64,000 nt of DNA, from assembly GCA_951406725.2 (NCBI GenBank), contig OX597814.1, positions 73,780,001-73,844,000 on the forward strand, given 5' to 3'. Origin of the DNA: Octopus vulgaris (lineage: Eukaryota). Position numbers and translations under genes: made by a program. The notes beneath the pieces were generated by a model. The model was not told the origin of the DNA, did not search any database, and was given only the letters and a program-made list of their open reading frames with translations. Numbering within the stretch: position 1 is the first letter of the stretch; each line of letters starts with the position of its first letter. Below, piece after piece: positions 26,600 through 41,589 of this stretch.

Positions 26600-29450
26600 G
26601 GAGAATTATAAATGCACGTGGCGCCTTGGTTATTTTGAGCAATTCTAAGAGCTTCGCGTCACTTACTCGATCCAAAATGAGGGTCGGAGTGGCGTTGTTC
26701 TTCGAGATAGGTAGATCTTCCTGGTTCCGGAGGTAAGTTGATGGTCTTGAACGTGAATAGCAGAGCGAAGGTGGCGCCTTTTGACTGGGACGGATCAGCC
26801 GGATTTTTTAAAGCGTCTGGAGATCTTCGTAGGGACGCCCCACTTTCTAGTGTTAGTAGACAATCAGAACGTCATCTTGGACGCACGTCTGGATTGTGTG
26901 GGGTTAGTTAATAGGAAAGGGATGTGCAATCCTGGCAAATCTGCCCAGTCGTTTCCAACTGGCTGACAGATACCGACTGAGTTTTCCAAATGCGCCAATG
27001 TAGGCATGGGTAAACAGCACTGGAACATCCGGATTGTATCTAGAGTATTCTGTAGGCCATTAGATAGGGATCGCACAGGTTGTCCACAATTCAAAATCTT
27101 CAGTTATACAAACCACAAATTTGTGAGCTGTACGGTCGACTCGATAGGCTGTATAGACATGAAGCCGGTTACTGGAAACTTGATGAGTCTTTCTGGCGCA
27201 CCAAATTAACAGAAACCGGATTAGAGAAATAGTTACAAGAAGGCAATAGTCAACAACTGATGGTGGTTTACCATGAAAAGAGCTATTAGATTAGAATGGA
27301 TAAAGTTTAGTAAGGGAATTGTTGTAGACAATTCTCGAGTAGTGGGTGGGCTAGTTAGTAACCTAGAAGAGGCACTTAGAAAAGGCATTGCAACTGACAT
27401 GCTGGCGTCGAAATTGGTCCGTGATCGATTCTTGAGCGGTAAGCACGAAGGTTGCATTGTCAGAGCTAGGGCACAAGTTCTAAGGCATGGGGAAGCAAAA
27501 GCTGTTTAGTGGATTTGTCTTTGGAGGATCGGGAGGAGCGCGTGATACTCGATTCCATGCTGTCATGTGAGGCTTTTCAGTGGCATTTCATTCAGTAGTT
27601 TGGGGCAAACGGTGGGCTGGAGATGGGAGTGGACTCTACCGCTTGCTTCAATGGCCTACTGCGGCTCTCGGCTCGAGATGCAGAGTTCTGCGAAAAGCTG
27701 ATAACAACTGACGAAATACGAGAAGCGATGACGGGTTGCACGATGGAGAAGTGGCCAGGACTGGATGATCTGCCCTACGAGCTTTATCGCCATGTACCAG
27801 ACTTGCTAGGTAACCTCTTGGCAGATGTCTTATGCGACTGGCTGCAGGACAGGAGAATCCAACCCTGCAAGAAGAGATGTAAAGGTGCTGCTGAGAAAGG
27901 ACTTGAACAAGAGGGAGGGAATAATTTTAAATTCAGGCCCATAACTCTGCTAAACATAGTGTGCAAAATTTTGACCAAAGTGCAAGCAAAGAATCTTTGA
28001 TACTCTAGAGGTGAGGTACAGACAAGCGCCATACAAACATATATAGCCACGACAACCTCTTCGTCATATGATACATCTCAGAAAGCTAAAGAAATTGGCA
28101 AGAATGGAGCTCTGGTCAATTTAAATCATTCGAAAACGCTTGATTGGGTTGACCATCAATAATTGGTTGCTGTCCTGAAGATGGCTGATTTGGAGCCTGC
28201 CTGCAGAAACTTAATTGCTGCAATATACAGTGAAATTTGCTCGGTAATCAGATTAAATGGCCACTTGTCGAAAGTGTTTAGTATCATGCGCTCGGTTCGC
28301 CAAGGATGTGCCCTCCCTATATTTTTGTATGTACCGACTCTTGAGCCACTACTGCAGAAAGTTGGAGATTTCGAGAGGCATCACATGAGAACTAGGATGT
28401 GGAAGAACCGTGTTTACTGTCATTGTATCAGATACCGACGTGATCGGCTCTACTCTGAAGAATTACGAGGTGATGTCAGGAGCAAAAATTAACTTGCCGG
28501 ACGGACTGTTCGCACTTGCCGGACGGACTATTTAAATTGCTCGAGGTTTGGTTTACTCAGAATTTTTTGGTGGACAAGAACTTAGAAAAGATGACAAACA
28601 TGGTAGCTAGTCTCACCCACAAATAGGCTGAGAGAAAACTATCCCTGAAGTGCTGATTGGAAATGGATAATGCTTACCGCCTAACCGCCGTGCCATTTCC
28701 CGCTTCATGGCTGACCAAATTGGAGCGCTTACTCTCTTGCTTTCTGTATAGGTGATGTGTTCCATTGGCCTGACGGTTATTTGCTGAAAACATCCGCTAG
28801 GTGGAGGATACTGTGTTTAATGATGCGCAGGCATTTACTGAGGCTGCGATATCTCCCACGTTTTCTTGACCGTGAACAAGTGTGGCCGCCGTTTGTTAGA
28901 CGCGCTTTTCTGCAACTTTGACTAAGCTGCAATTCTGGACCAAGCGTAGACCTACGAAACAAGATGCCTGGCACCTTGAATGCTGTCAGGTGCTCCAAGC
29001 CCTCTATCAATCTAGCAATGTAGTCAGTGAATGTTCTACCATGGCGTCCTACAGAAGATTAGTGGCGGATAAGAGCAACAACTTTCTCGGGGAAGCCCTG
29101 AGCATCAATGGAGATTAACTGACTGGCCTTTTCCGGAGAACGTTCGAGCTAGAACCTATGGATAACTTCCAGAAATTCTTTGCATGGCAGTGCTAAGTAG
29201 GAGCATAACCGATTCTAGATAAACACTACGGGTATAGTTGTATCATCAGCTACGCCTGCCTCATGCGTACGCAGAACGATGAAACCGTTCTGCATTCACT
29301 CGTGCAACACTTGAGCATTGCTAACTTCTGGCGCGTATTGGACGGATTCGGATATCAACCACCTCCATCGTGAAGATTAATCCATCGCCTTCCTTTGACC
29401 AGAAATGACAGGGAGTTTTCTATGTTGTGACTATAGCGAAATAGGTTGTG
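26600..29450 (+). mobile_element. Tx1-type (L1 superfamily) LINE ORF2, decayed
   Basis: APE (TGTDQPDF, LDARLDCVG), PGLDDLPYE, FRPITLLN, SVRQGC; related to the minus-strand copies at 40-46 kb. Confidence 0.82.
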
Positions 29451-29454
29451 TGTT

Positions 29455-30045
<591 letters not shown>

Positions 30046-30949
30046 TTATTTATTTTCGTTCAGAACAGCATCTTGTATATTCAAGAACGTAAAGCTAAAT
30101 TTGTTAGTGCTGAAGAATTCCAATAACTGGAGGTGTTAGTAGATTATTATGTGATATTTTGTATAAATTTACGTCACTATTAATTGTTGTTCATTATTAA
30201 TCGGAACTTCCTAGTTGTTAATAAAAATCAGATTTGCTCTATTACGCATGAAAATTCAAGGTATTGCGAGATTAATTATAAATTTCTGAGACGATCTTCG
30301 ATTTATTTTGAGAGTCGTTAACAGTTGACGTTATGTTTTTGTTTCCTACCTCCCATTTGTGAGGCGAAGTAATTTTTTTTTTAGATTTGTTATCGTGTAT
30401 TTAGCTGAATAATATAAATTCATGCCATTAGCCCATTTAAATTACAACCCATAGCTTACCTTTCCAATTATGCAAAATAAGCTAACTAAAATTCTTCATA
30501 AATTGTTTTCTAATTGTAAAAAATTATGTCCACTCATCAAAGTTGGCTTGAGAAAATTATACGTTGCTGATAAAGTCCAGTGAACGGAAAATGTTCAAAG
30601 AATCAATCAACGAAAACTGCTTACAATTTATTTATTTGTTATAATTTTACTGTTATCGTCTCTTTGTTATTTCGTTGTTTTATAGTTCCAGTTCCTTTTG
30701 TACAATTATCATTACTTTCTTTTGGTGCTTCTGATACTTTATCATGTTTTGCTTCTTCTCATCCTATCTTTCCTATTTTGTTGTTCATATCTTTCTCCTT
30801 TTCATACTTATTCGCTTTGTCTCATCGTCATCATCATCATCATCATCATCAACATATCACCATCTCTTCCTCCTTTTTTCTTTTTCCTTTTCCTTATTTT
30901 TTTCTTCTTCGTCTTCGTCTTCACTTGAAAAACCAAATAGTTTAATGTC

Positions 30950-31700
30950 AGGTTGTGTTGACGACTTGTATGGTTATGGAAATCAGCAACGCCATACACT
31001 GATCGTTATGGCATGAAGTAGGCCCACGTTGTGAGGCAATCGGTCTAGTGGTGCCAGGTTGCATGTGAGTTTGCGTCTCGTGCATGGCTGTCTGGCATAA
31101 CTTTAGCTGGATGCTTGAACGCCACAACGACGGTGCGCGGAAAAGAAATAATCTCACCAAGGACAATAAGGGATTCGTTATTTTGCAACTGTGCATTGGT
31201 CAGTTAAGGTTTAAAGTGTTCTTTCCGCTATTAGCTGCCAATTGCTTGAAGTTTATCAACAGGGCGTATGTTTGACTACGCCGATGAGATAGATCAGTTT
31301 GTCTGACTGTTTTTCTTTAGGTGGATATTGCAATTGTTACAGTATATGCAGTTTCTCACGCAGATGGAGTTGATAATTACAAACCTAGGGATCTAGGGAA
31401 GGGATCTGTCAAGGAGGTTGCAAGTAATGTTGAGGATCGTTTCCTTGATCTTGGAGTCTCTAGACGAAGCAGTACAGAATTTTCCTTGTCCCAGCACCCA
31501 AAGAAGTACATGTGTAACCTAAATCTTCCTTTGAAAACCTTGGCTGCTACAGATGTGTGCTATTTCGTGATACCACCAAAAGAGGTGATGGTGAGTCTAA
31601 AAACAACAGTTTTTGAGAAACAAGATTGTCCCAGTGTACAGTTGGTGAAATTTAGACTATAGATGTCGCTGCTTTATCAATCTATTCAGGTAATATGAAC
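30950..31700 (-). mobile_element. Possible Gypsy gag-protease relic
   Basis: Weak ordered motifs WWYH, YALLINFK and I..RGP on the minus strand; many stops. Confidence 0.25.
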
Positions 31701-32679
31701 TGTCAAATGGAAACTCCAAACATTCTCGACAAAAAACCACCTTTAGCTTTTTTTACTCTAACTCTGTACATGTGAGGTTGCAAAGGGTTAAATTGCAAAC
31801 CAAATTGCTATTTAAACACTTATAATTTCGTGTTGTGTGTGTGTGTGTGTGTGTATGTGTGTGTGAGTGTGTGTGCCTTTGTGTGCGCGCCCGTGCGTGT
31901 GCAATTATAGGCAAAATATATTTTTGTCCACATTGATCACAATGAACTCAACACAAGTGAACAATCAGAGGTTTTTTTTAGCAATATTGTAATAGCTAAA
32001 AAGAAAAACTATTTGAAATATCATATAACATATTGTTTAATTGCGGTTCTGCTGTAGAAAGTATCATCTATCCGTATAGTACTATGGATATTTGATTGCT
32101 TGCAATGTTATTACGTCCAGAGAAAGTACCACATCTTATTTATTTCAAACGTACCTTGGTTTTATTTTCAAGGGTCTCTTCAGTTTAGCTTATCTTACGT
32201 GTGTGTGTATGTGTGTGTGTGTGTGCATGAGAGAGAGAGAGATTGCGTATGTGTGTGTGTGCACGCGCGCGCTTAAATTTTATTAGTTTTAATATTTTAT
32301 GCTATAATATCCTTCGGAATAAATCTGTAGAGTCCAGTCAACATTGTTTCTATAGATTAAAAACTAAACACATTGGTCGGTCGTAAAGAATTGTTTTCTT
32401 ATGCATTCTTTCCGTAGTCATAAAAAGAGGGCTCAGGTGGACCAGTTCTTTACTGAGGTTTCATGTGTATTAAAAGACAGTTGGTTACGAATGTTCAGTA
32501 TATTTTATAAGTTCAATTTACAATAGAGACTCAGATCAGTAGAACGTTAAGCATGTATGTGTTCGTGCATATATGTACATGTCTATATATGTATGTATGT
32601 ATATATCTATGTATGTATGTATGTATGTGTGTGTGTATGTGTGTATGTATGTATGTATGTATGTATGTGTGTATGTGTG

Positions 32680-32713
<34 letters not shown>

Positions 32714-34242
32714 TGTATGTATGTATGTATGTATGTATGTATGTATGTATGTACTGAATTTCTATATAAATTGACAGATTCGTAAGTGACAGAATTGATA
32801 TAAGCAGGTCCATAGTAAAAACAGCAATTTCCAAAACAATTTAGTTTCCTAGAATTCATTGCCAGAATCTCTGGAAACACTGTGAAGTTTAGTCATACAA
32901 CACTTTCAATCACGACTCTACTTGGGTTACGATTCTGAATGTATGCTTGCGATATATATTCTACATAATATTTTAAAATCAAAAAGAAATAAGAATAATT
33001 CTTATTCATAAAATTGAACCGAAAACCGGAGTAAAAATTGTCGTTTTTCCTGATTCGACCTGAAAGTACACGAGTACTACAGAAACTAATAAACAAAGAA
33101 TAATTACCAACCTGTTAGATGGATAATTAAAGGGTATAAATATAATGGCTGCTTTCATTCGTCTAGAAACTCCAAAGATTTTAATCCCATATAACAAATC
33201 AATATTCTACATCCATTCATTTGCTCTTCTCGTGCATGTGCGGGACTTCGTTCTAGAGATACGAAAGATGGCCCACACGGCTCCTATGTGGACGTAGTAA
33301 AGTGTCAGCATAGGGTGAGCAGCTATGCTTCAAAAGGAAAAACCTTTCATGCACTCAGAGAATTAACGGAATCAAACTCATCTATGTCTGTCTCGAACAA
33401 AGGAACATTTCTGCCAGAGTTTGATGACATCTGAGGTACAGCTTCAAAAAATGCTGGAATACCGTCTGATCTCAAAACACGAAAATGATTAACCCCACTC
33501 ACCTAGAAGGAGTTGCAGTCCTACCGATGAACAGGTGGTCCTAATCTCTTGACAAAGTATTGCAAAGGACAGGATAACTTGAAATTCATAGATGTTAATG
33601 GTGAATATTCTATTGGGAGTGTAAAAACTGAGAAGAATAAAAATTCGTGTAGAGAAAAGTGTCGTAGATATGAACTAACCCCCCAAAACTTCATCAATTT
33701 ACTCACATCACGTTGTCATGATGAAGCCGTCACCATCACATATTCTCATTCTGTCAGACAAAGTAAAATTCGTCTCTAAAAAACAGAAATCAAGTTTCTG
33801 CATTCACATGGTAACCTACATAAAATAAACGTAAGCTCCCAGCAAGGTTGGTCTACAATACGATTTCTATTCCAGCTTGTAGCTATTTCTATTTACTTCG
33901 TTCGGCAATTTTCTTCACAGGTTCATGCACGTTACAAAAACTTATTTTCGGAATACTATAAATTTGAGGCCTACACACGTGTAAGATATTGATATTTACT
34001 TTCAGTATTTAGAACATGTTTTCATATCTACTTTATGAAAAGTATTTAAATAATACACATGTATATTCATACACATTCTACTATATATGATGCAAACAGG
34101 CATATGCGCATAAATACATATATCAGCATAAATATGTACGCACGCACACACACAATCATAAACATATACATAGATACGTGCATACATACATACATACATA
34201 CATACATACATACATACATACATACATACATACATACATACA

Positions 34243-34270
<28 letters not shown>

Positions 34271-34273
<3 letters not shown>

Positions 34274-34835
34274 GGTAGAAGCCATAGCCACTCATAATAA
34301 AAAGGTGTGCTGGTGGAATGTCCAATTGAATACCTCAATAAAATGTAAGCTCAACAGGCCTGATATAATGATTTGAGATAGAGAAGAGAAGCTGTGCACA
34401 TTTGTGGAAATTGGCTGCCCAGCGGATGTTAACATAAAGCTGAAGATCAGGGAAAAAGAGAAAACCTACGTTGAACTATTAAGAATTTGCAGGTACTCTA
34501 TCCAGATTACAAGTTCAGGTTTATACCAAAACCAGAAAGGAGAAAGTTGATTCGAAGACTACAGATCCAATCCATCACCGGAACTGTAAAAATCTGTAAA
34601 CCTTTCAAGAAATTTATCATTTAAATATATATGAATATGTCTAGAAATGCAACTATATGCATGATAATATATACATAAAGCGAAACATACAAAACTGCAC
34701 GTATACATACATAAATACAAACAACAATACTCTGTTGCTAATGTTGAAGTTTCAATGAAGGAGCCTTGAATCTAGGTTAGAAACCGGTTCTTTCTCTATT
34801 GGCAAGAAATTTTGAAATAAAACTGAACAATGACA
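34271..34835 (+). mobile_element. RLE-type LINE 3' fragment inserted in (CATA)n
   Basis: WWNV..KLNRPDIMI.D...VEIGCP.D.N..K..EK...Y restriction-like endonuclease; (CATA)n upstream (34181-34270) and downstream (34834-34868). Confidence 0.8.
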
Positions 34836-36364
34836 TACAAACATACATACATACACACACACATACATATTATATCAACATAAATACTTATATGTGTACG
34901 TGGCATGACGTGTATGCATTTTTATATTATATGTAATCAGTTTGTGTGATGGAAAATACTTTATTTGTGTGTGTATGTGCATGTGTGTGTGTACGTTTGT
35001 ATATATGTGCGCGTACATGTAGGCGTACAGAGGAAAGAAAATAGCACTTAACGCATTTATCTCGAGTTTTGTTGTTAATAAAGGTTGACTTAAATCCGTG
35101 TTACCTAAAGTTTCTTTGGTAAAACAATTACAACTCTATATATATATTGCCGCGTGGTAGACAGACGATATGTTGACGTCAGATAATCAATAACCTGTAG
35201 AGTTTGAGAATTCAACGATATTAGATGCTGATATTTCACGAGGTAAGATAACGGATCTGAAAGCGTCAGTTTATGTGTCAATGAGTGAAAGTAGGACACT
35301 GAATAATCACACTGTAGTGGAAGAGGGATTGTGTACAACAAAACTGCGCATGGGCTAGTTAGGTCTTAGGTGGTCTTTCTGTGTTATCAGCGGCTAGTGG
35401 CTTGAAGTTAAGAGGTTATGTCTTCGGTGACAACATAAGGTTAGATTAGTTTTTTGCTGATGCATATGGCATTCTGTAGAAGCATACACAGGCGAACTCC
35501 AGGTGGGTAAGGAGCGTCTTTGTCAAAATTTCTCCACATTATGTTCGGTAACTTGTTTCTTTGATTCCGAAGATTACAGAAGTGTGGCGTGGAGGTAGAG
35601 TCTTCACTACACCTGAATAGATTTGTATTGCCTAAATCTTCCTTTGAAAGTATTGACCTTACGCTTGTGCAAGGCTTAATGGTGCTCTCAGATACTGTGG
35701 GGAGCTCTATAGACCAGAGCCTTTCTAGGGCAGGTTCCTCTCAATGAATAGTTGCTTGGCCTTTGCTAGTGACATTTTATGGTTTGCGCTGAAGATTAAT
35801 TGAATGCGTGTTCGTTCTTCTTGCATCGAGTAATGTTTGAAACGACATTATCTAAGACTGAATAACTAATCTTTACGTTATGAGCATTAAATCTGAAAAA
35901 AAAAACTAATTAGGATCAGGAAACTTCTAGCTAGTTCAGACCCTTAGATAAAAAGAGGAGTGTACCAGATAAGTTTTCAATGAAACCATTTTTCGATAGT
36001 GTCTCGCTGTAATGGCGTGCCGCCGTTTTAAGACATCTCTGGCTGCGCATAGATTACAGCATCTTCTGCTGATAATTGCCACTAGATTTCTAACTAAAGT
36101 TGTGAATACTTGGACTTGCTATTGATATATACATATTCCTATTTATACTTTCTGTGGCGGTAGTGTGTGTCTGTCTTAAGGCCTAGGAACAAACTCTGCT
36201 TAAGTTGTTTGTAACACACTTGGGCAGAGTTGTTTAAAGATATTTATATGCTTCTTCCTAAAATTATCGATGGCTTAACTGGCCGAAACCTTGAAGACAC
36301 TGTCAATAATATTCTTCTTCAAAAATAATAAATGCACACAAACACACACACACGTACACACACA

Positions 36365-36416
<52 letters not shown>

Positions 36417-36737
36417 GTATGTATATATATATATATACACACACACACATATATGTCTGTAATTATAACCATATAATTATCTTTATATTCATGAATATAT
36501 ATGTATACATACATATACATCAGATAGATAAATATATAAAATTGTGGATAGATATCCACACAGACAGATAGATAGTTTATTGTAAAAACTATGTTCAAGT
36601 TTAATTTGGACTTTGGATCTTTTATATTTTAAGTGTTTAGTTTAAAGTAATAGCATTTGTATGTTCAGAAGATGGAGCTGTAGAGGGAGACCTAGAAACG
36701 TTAATTAACTATTGGATTTACCTATAATGTATATATA

Positions 36738-36795
<58 letters not shown>

Positions 36796-37196
36796 CACAC
36801 ATACATAAATATGCGTGTGTATGTATATGTAGTGTGCCTTTATGCATGTATAAATATATGCAAGTGTGTATTACAATATATGTTTCTATGGCTGCGTGTG
36901 ATGAGTGTACATGTGTCTATGGTGGGGATGTTATTTCTGTCGCTGTCACGAAGGGAATTCTCTGATGAGATTAATATTACACTGAATAAAACGCCAAGAA
37001 TGACGTTTCAATTGAAGATATTCATGAACAGAAGAGGAAGTATGCATTAAAGTGAATATTTAAATTACAGGTGATAGCGCCTATTAAGCCTTAGGTAAGT
37101 ATTCTGATTACTATTATTAAAAATTACCTCCAAGACAATCTATTCACTGAAGTCACGTTTGCAATAAATTATCTGGCGTATTCAATGAGGTATATA

Positions 37197-37266
<70 letters not shown>

Positions 37267-37363
37267 TATAAATATATATATAATATATATATATGTATAT
37301 ATATGTTTATATATATATAATATATATATATATATGTTTATATATATATATGTGTGTGTGTGT

Positions 37364-37398
<35 letters not shown>

Positions 37399-37546
37399 CA
37401 TACATACATACATACATACATACATACACACATACGTACGTACATATGTACGTATTTGTGTATATGCAAGTGTGTGTGGGCATTTATATGTTCAGAAAGA
37501 CATATACGCACAGAAACACATGTGCTTGTGCATCTATCTATCTATC

Positions 37547-37667
<121 letters not shown>

Positions 37668-37994
37668 GAAGTGAAAGGGCAAATACGTGTATGAGTGCCT
37701 TTGTGTATTTGTGTGCGTGCGTGCGCGTTGCGTGTGTACTGACCCGCACACTCTAAAACTAAAACATATATAAAGTTCGAAGAAAATAAACGAGCTGAAA
37801 GAGGTATGAATTATTGATTTGCAGACAGAAAATATATGAGCAATCCATCTGTAGCAAATTAATTTCTTGGAGTAAAAGCAAGTCTTATAAATGCAACAGT
37901 TACCATAGGAAAAAAGATTATATTTAAATTCCTGAATATCAAATATATATTATTCGACTACAGCAGCGGCGACTACTACTACTACTACTACTAC

Positions 37995-38078
<84 letters not shown>

Positions 38079-38402
38079 TAATAATAATAATAATGATAAT
38101 AATGCTGTTGCTATGAACATCTGATAATACAATGTATGCCCTCTAACAATTGCGTAAATTAAATCAGCAATAAAGATTATTTTTGCAGATTTCAAAGCAA
38201 TCATGAAATAACATAGATTTAACAGACCAGAGATAGACTGTGAACGTGTGGGAAATATTTCTAATAATATACGTCTGTCAAGAACTTAAATTTTAGTTTG
38301 AATTTAGAATAAACATTATAATTTATCAAAAAAAAAACGCTTACTTTTTATAAGAATCTCATTCCATGCACAAACATTTTCTACAGATTCTCCAATTATT
38401 AA

Positions 38403-38590
38403 CTTTTACTTGTTTCAGTCATTAGATCGCAGCCATGTTGGGACAGTGCCTTGAAAAAATTTAGCCGAACGAATCGATCCCAGTACTTTTTTAAGGCTGG
38501 CACTTATTCTATACATTTCTTTTGCCAAACAGCTAGGTTACGGGGTCCCAAACACACCGACACCGATTGTTAAGGGGTGGTGGGACACGA
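38403..38590 (-). mobile_element. SINE family A, 3' half
   Basis: CTTTTACTTGTTTCAGTCA tail and ACACCGATTGTTAAG body. Confidence 0.75.
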
Positions 38591-38689
38591 ACTGACATAC
38601 ATGTGTGTATGTATGTATGTATACATGTACGTATATGTGTATTTGTGTATATATGTGTGTATATATGTATGTGTGTATGTATGTGTGTG

Positions 38690-38950
38690 TATATAAATAT
38701 ATACACACACACACACACACATATATATATACCTGTCTTTGCCTTTTGTTTTTCTATAAATTTCAACTATATATATATATGTATATATGTATGTATTTAT
38801 ATATGTATGTACGTATATATGTATGTATATGTGTATGTATGTATGTATGTATGTATGTATGTGTATATAAATATATACATATATAAACACACACACACAT
38901 ATTTATATACCTGTCTTTGCCTTTTGTTTTTCTATAAATTTCAACTTTAT
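38690..38950. repeat. Local tandem duplication within a microsatellite
   Basis: ATACCTGTCTTTGCCTTTTGTTTTTCTATAAATTTCAACT occurs at ~38729 and ~38907. Confidence 0.85.
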
Positions 38951-40029
38951 ATATATATGTATGTATGTATGTATGCATGCATGCATGTATGTATGTATGT
39001 ATGTATGTATGTATGTATGTATGTATGTATGTATATATGTATGTATGTATGTATGTATGCATGTATGTATGTATGCGTGTATATGTATATACCAGGATAA
39101 AGAGTCATTGATAAAGGATTTATAATCCGGACAAAATACTTTACAAGCTTTCTGTTTATACACATACGCCGGATTAACGAAATGTATTCAGATTAGTAAA
39201 GGTATTCCCAAGGCAAAATCTGAGGTTGAAGTCCATCACCAATTAACTTTGTAAATTCATGGTTGCATTTCCTAGTTAAAGTGGTCTTTTTCAAAGAGTA
39301 ATATACACGAAAAGACATAAAAGATGATTTTTACATATTTACTTATTAGTGCAATCTTTACTTAAAGCTGTTTCTGCTATGCATTACAGCTGCAGTCATG
39401 GCACTGTTTTCTCAATCGGTCCATTGAGCTACTGAAAATTTAAACGAGCTTACAGTAAATGGCTAATCGCGACACCTGTTATGACACTGTGATTCTATAT
39501 ATTGTTGGCAAAAATACATCGTTGCTATCCCTAAAGTCCGGGCGTCCATCACTGACAAGGCCAGAGAAGGTCGAAATTACGTGACCTGGCATTCTCGGCG
39601 ATGGCGTTAGCGGGGATTAATTTTCCCGCTAGTGATATGAACAGGAGTGCGTTTTGCACTGAAAGCCAATATGAGAGTGTGTTTCGTGGTAACTACCGCA
39701 GTATTATTTGTTCTATCAGAACATCTACTTTAAGTGGGAATAAATATTACCTTTCAATATTAGTCTCCTGTCGAAGACGACGTATTAGTGTCCAGCTTTT
39801 GCCGAACGGCTTGCATAAGTGATTTGCTTATAGTCATCAAATGTATGTGCTGTACACTAGCTCACTCCCTCCATCAAATCAATGTTGCCTGAACAGGTGC
39901 ACGGTGTACCATGCGTCAGGTGTCAAAGTAACGTGAATAATAAGATAGGAAAATAAAAGCACCGGCCAAAACCAAAAAATAAATCCTCTAGTAAAGATAA
40001 ATGGCATGAGTAGATAAATAGAATAAAAT

Positions 40030-41430
40030 AGATTTGGTAAAATGCAACATAAAGGCCATCTTCACGATGGATTCAGTTAATCTGTCCTACACGCGACAGC
40101 AGGTGCTCAACATAAATCCACAGGTCAGCAATGCTCGGACACTGGTCGAGTGCATGCAGGACCGTCCCTTCGTCCTTCGCGCATCTCGGACATGCTCGTC
40201 TGACGGCACTTCCGCGCCTGTAAAGTTTACCTCATATAGGCAAAGCTCCCTGGTACCATTGCCAGGCCAGAGATTTTTGGAAATTATCTATTGGTTCCGG
40301 CTCGAAAATTCTCTAGAAAAGAGCGCCTAGCTGATCTTCTTCGATGCCCAAGGTATCCCAAAAACGTAGTCGCACCTTCCCTCCACTAATCCTTTATAAA
40401 GAGCTTAAGTGGACGTTTTTCCTATCGCAGAGTCCAACTGGATGAGAGCTGTGAGCGCTTGAAGACATTCCACTTTCCAAATGTCCCAGGACAGCAGTTC
40501 CGTTAAAGAAACTAGCTGAGGAAATACGCGTCTGGCGAACGGCGACTACAGCTGTTCACTCTCAAGGAAGCATTGGAGATGTCGTAGACTCAGCGCATGT
40601 CTGCACATCGTGAACCACGGCATACCCAGGCCAACACGCAGCGGGTGTTGAGAGCAGATAGACCGCCTGACTACCAGGACGCGTTCCTTCCACAAGAAGC
40701 GGAAGAGTATACGCTTCAACGTAATCAGCCAGTGTCCGGGAAAAGGCACGACGGTCAAGCGATAGTAGATGACAGACGCGATGTGTGCGTTAGCCACCTC
40801 TTCCCGATCTACCAGGGATAGCTTCCTCTCGGACGTTACCTCGTCCCAGTTTTTGTCTATCTAGATTTCCCAACCAAACCAGACCCCGAGCAATTTAACC
40901 GGTCCATCTGTCCAGCGACCAACGACGCGGTTGCACGGCATGGAATTTCTTCTCCAGGTGCCGAGCCGCAAGTCCACTGACTTTTCCTGGTTAATCGTCG
41001 CTCCTGAAACCGCCTCATAGTCCCTGGGAGCGGTGCCGATTATTTTCATATGTTTATGATCCGATACCACTACGGTGATGTCGTCGGCATATGCCGACAC
41101 GCATTTCCCTCAACCTTGGTCACGCGGTATACCTCTCAACATCTCCAGCTTGTTTAGTAGTGGTTCGAGAGTCTGTGCGTACAAGAGTGATCATTGTGAG
41201 CAACCTTGCTGGACCGAGCGTATGATGTTGAACGGTTTTGAGAGGTGACCGTTCACTCTGACCACTGAACAGATGTCGTTGTGCATTGCACCGATCCAGC
41301 CCTTGAATACAGGCCCGAAACCAGCTGCTAGGTATAGATGTTTGACCCTATCGAAAGCTTTAGACTGATCTAAATTGATCAGAGCATCACTTTCTCAATG
41401 ATGTATCGCATGAGGTGGAGGTTGTCATGG
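40030..41430 (-). mobile_element. Tx1-type LINE RT/C-terminal fragment
   Basis: DQSKAFDRV, SVQQGC, SAYADD, KLLGVWF, FRFLWK. Confidence 0.85.
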
Positions 41431-41589
41431 ATAGCCTGGGTTACATGAATTACATGGGAAAATGTGAGCGAGAGAAATAATATTCTTAAGATTATAAACC
41501 TGGTAAAGTATTTTATAAACCTGGTAATGTACAAGTTATTACGAACGATCGCCCTGACTTCTAGGGAAAGTGCCCTCTCCACTTTATCT

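Noticed and set aside
33549-33779. 76-aa ORF faintly resembling a Polinton polB C-terminus
   Set aside because: No DTDS or other diagnostic motif can be recovered.
37071-37100. 24-bp micro-exon with a strong AG|GTAAGT donor
   Set aside because: Stops in all three frames, weak acceptor and no other support.
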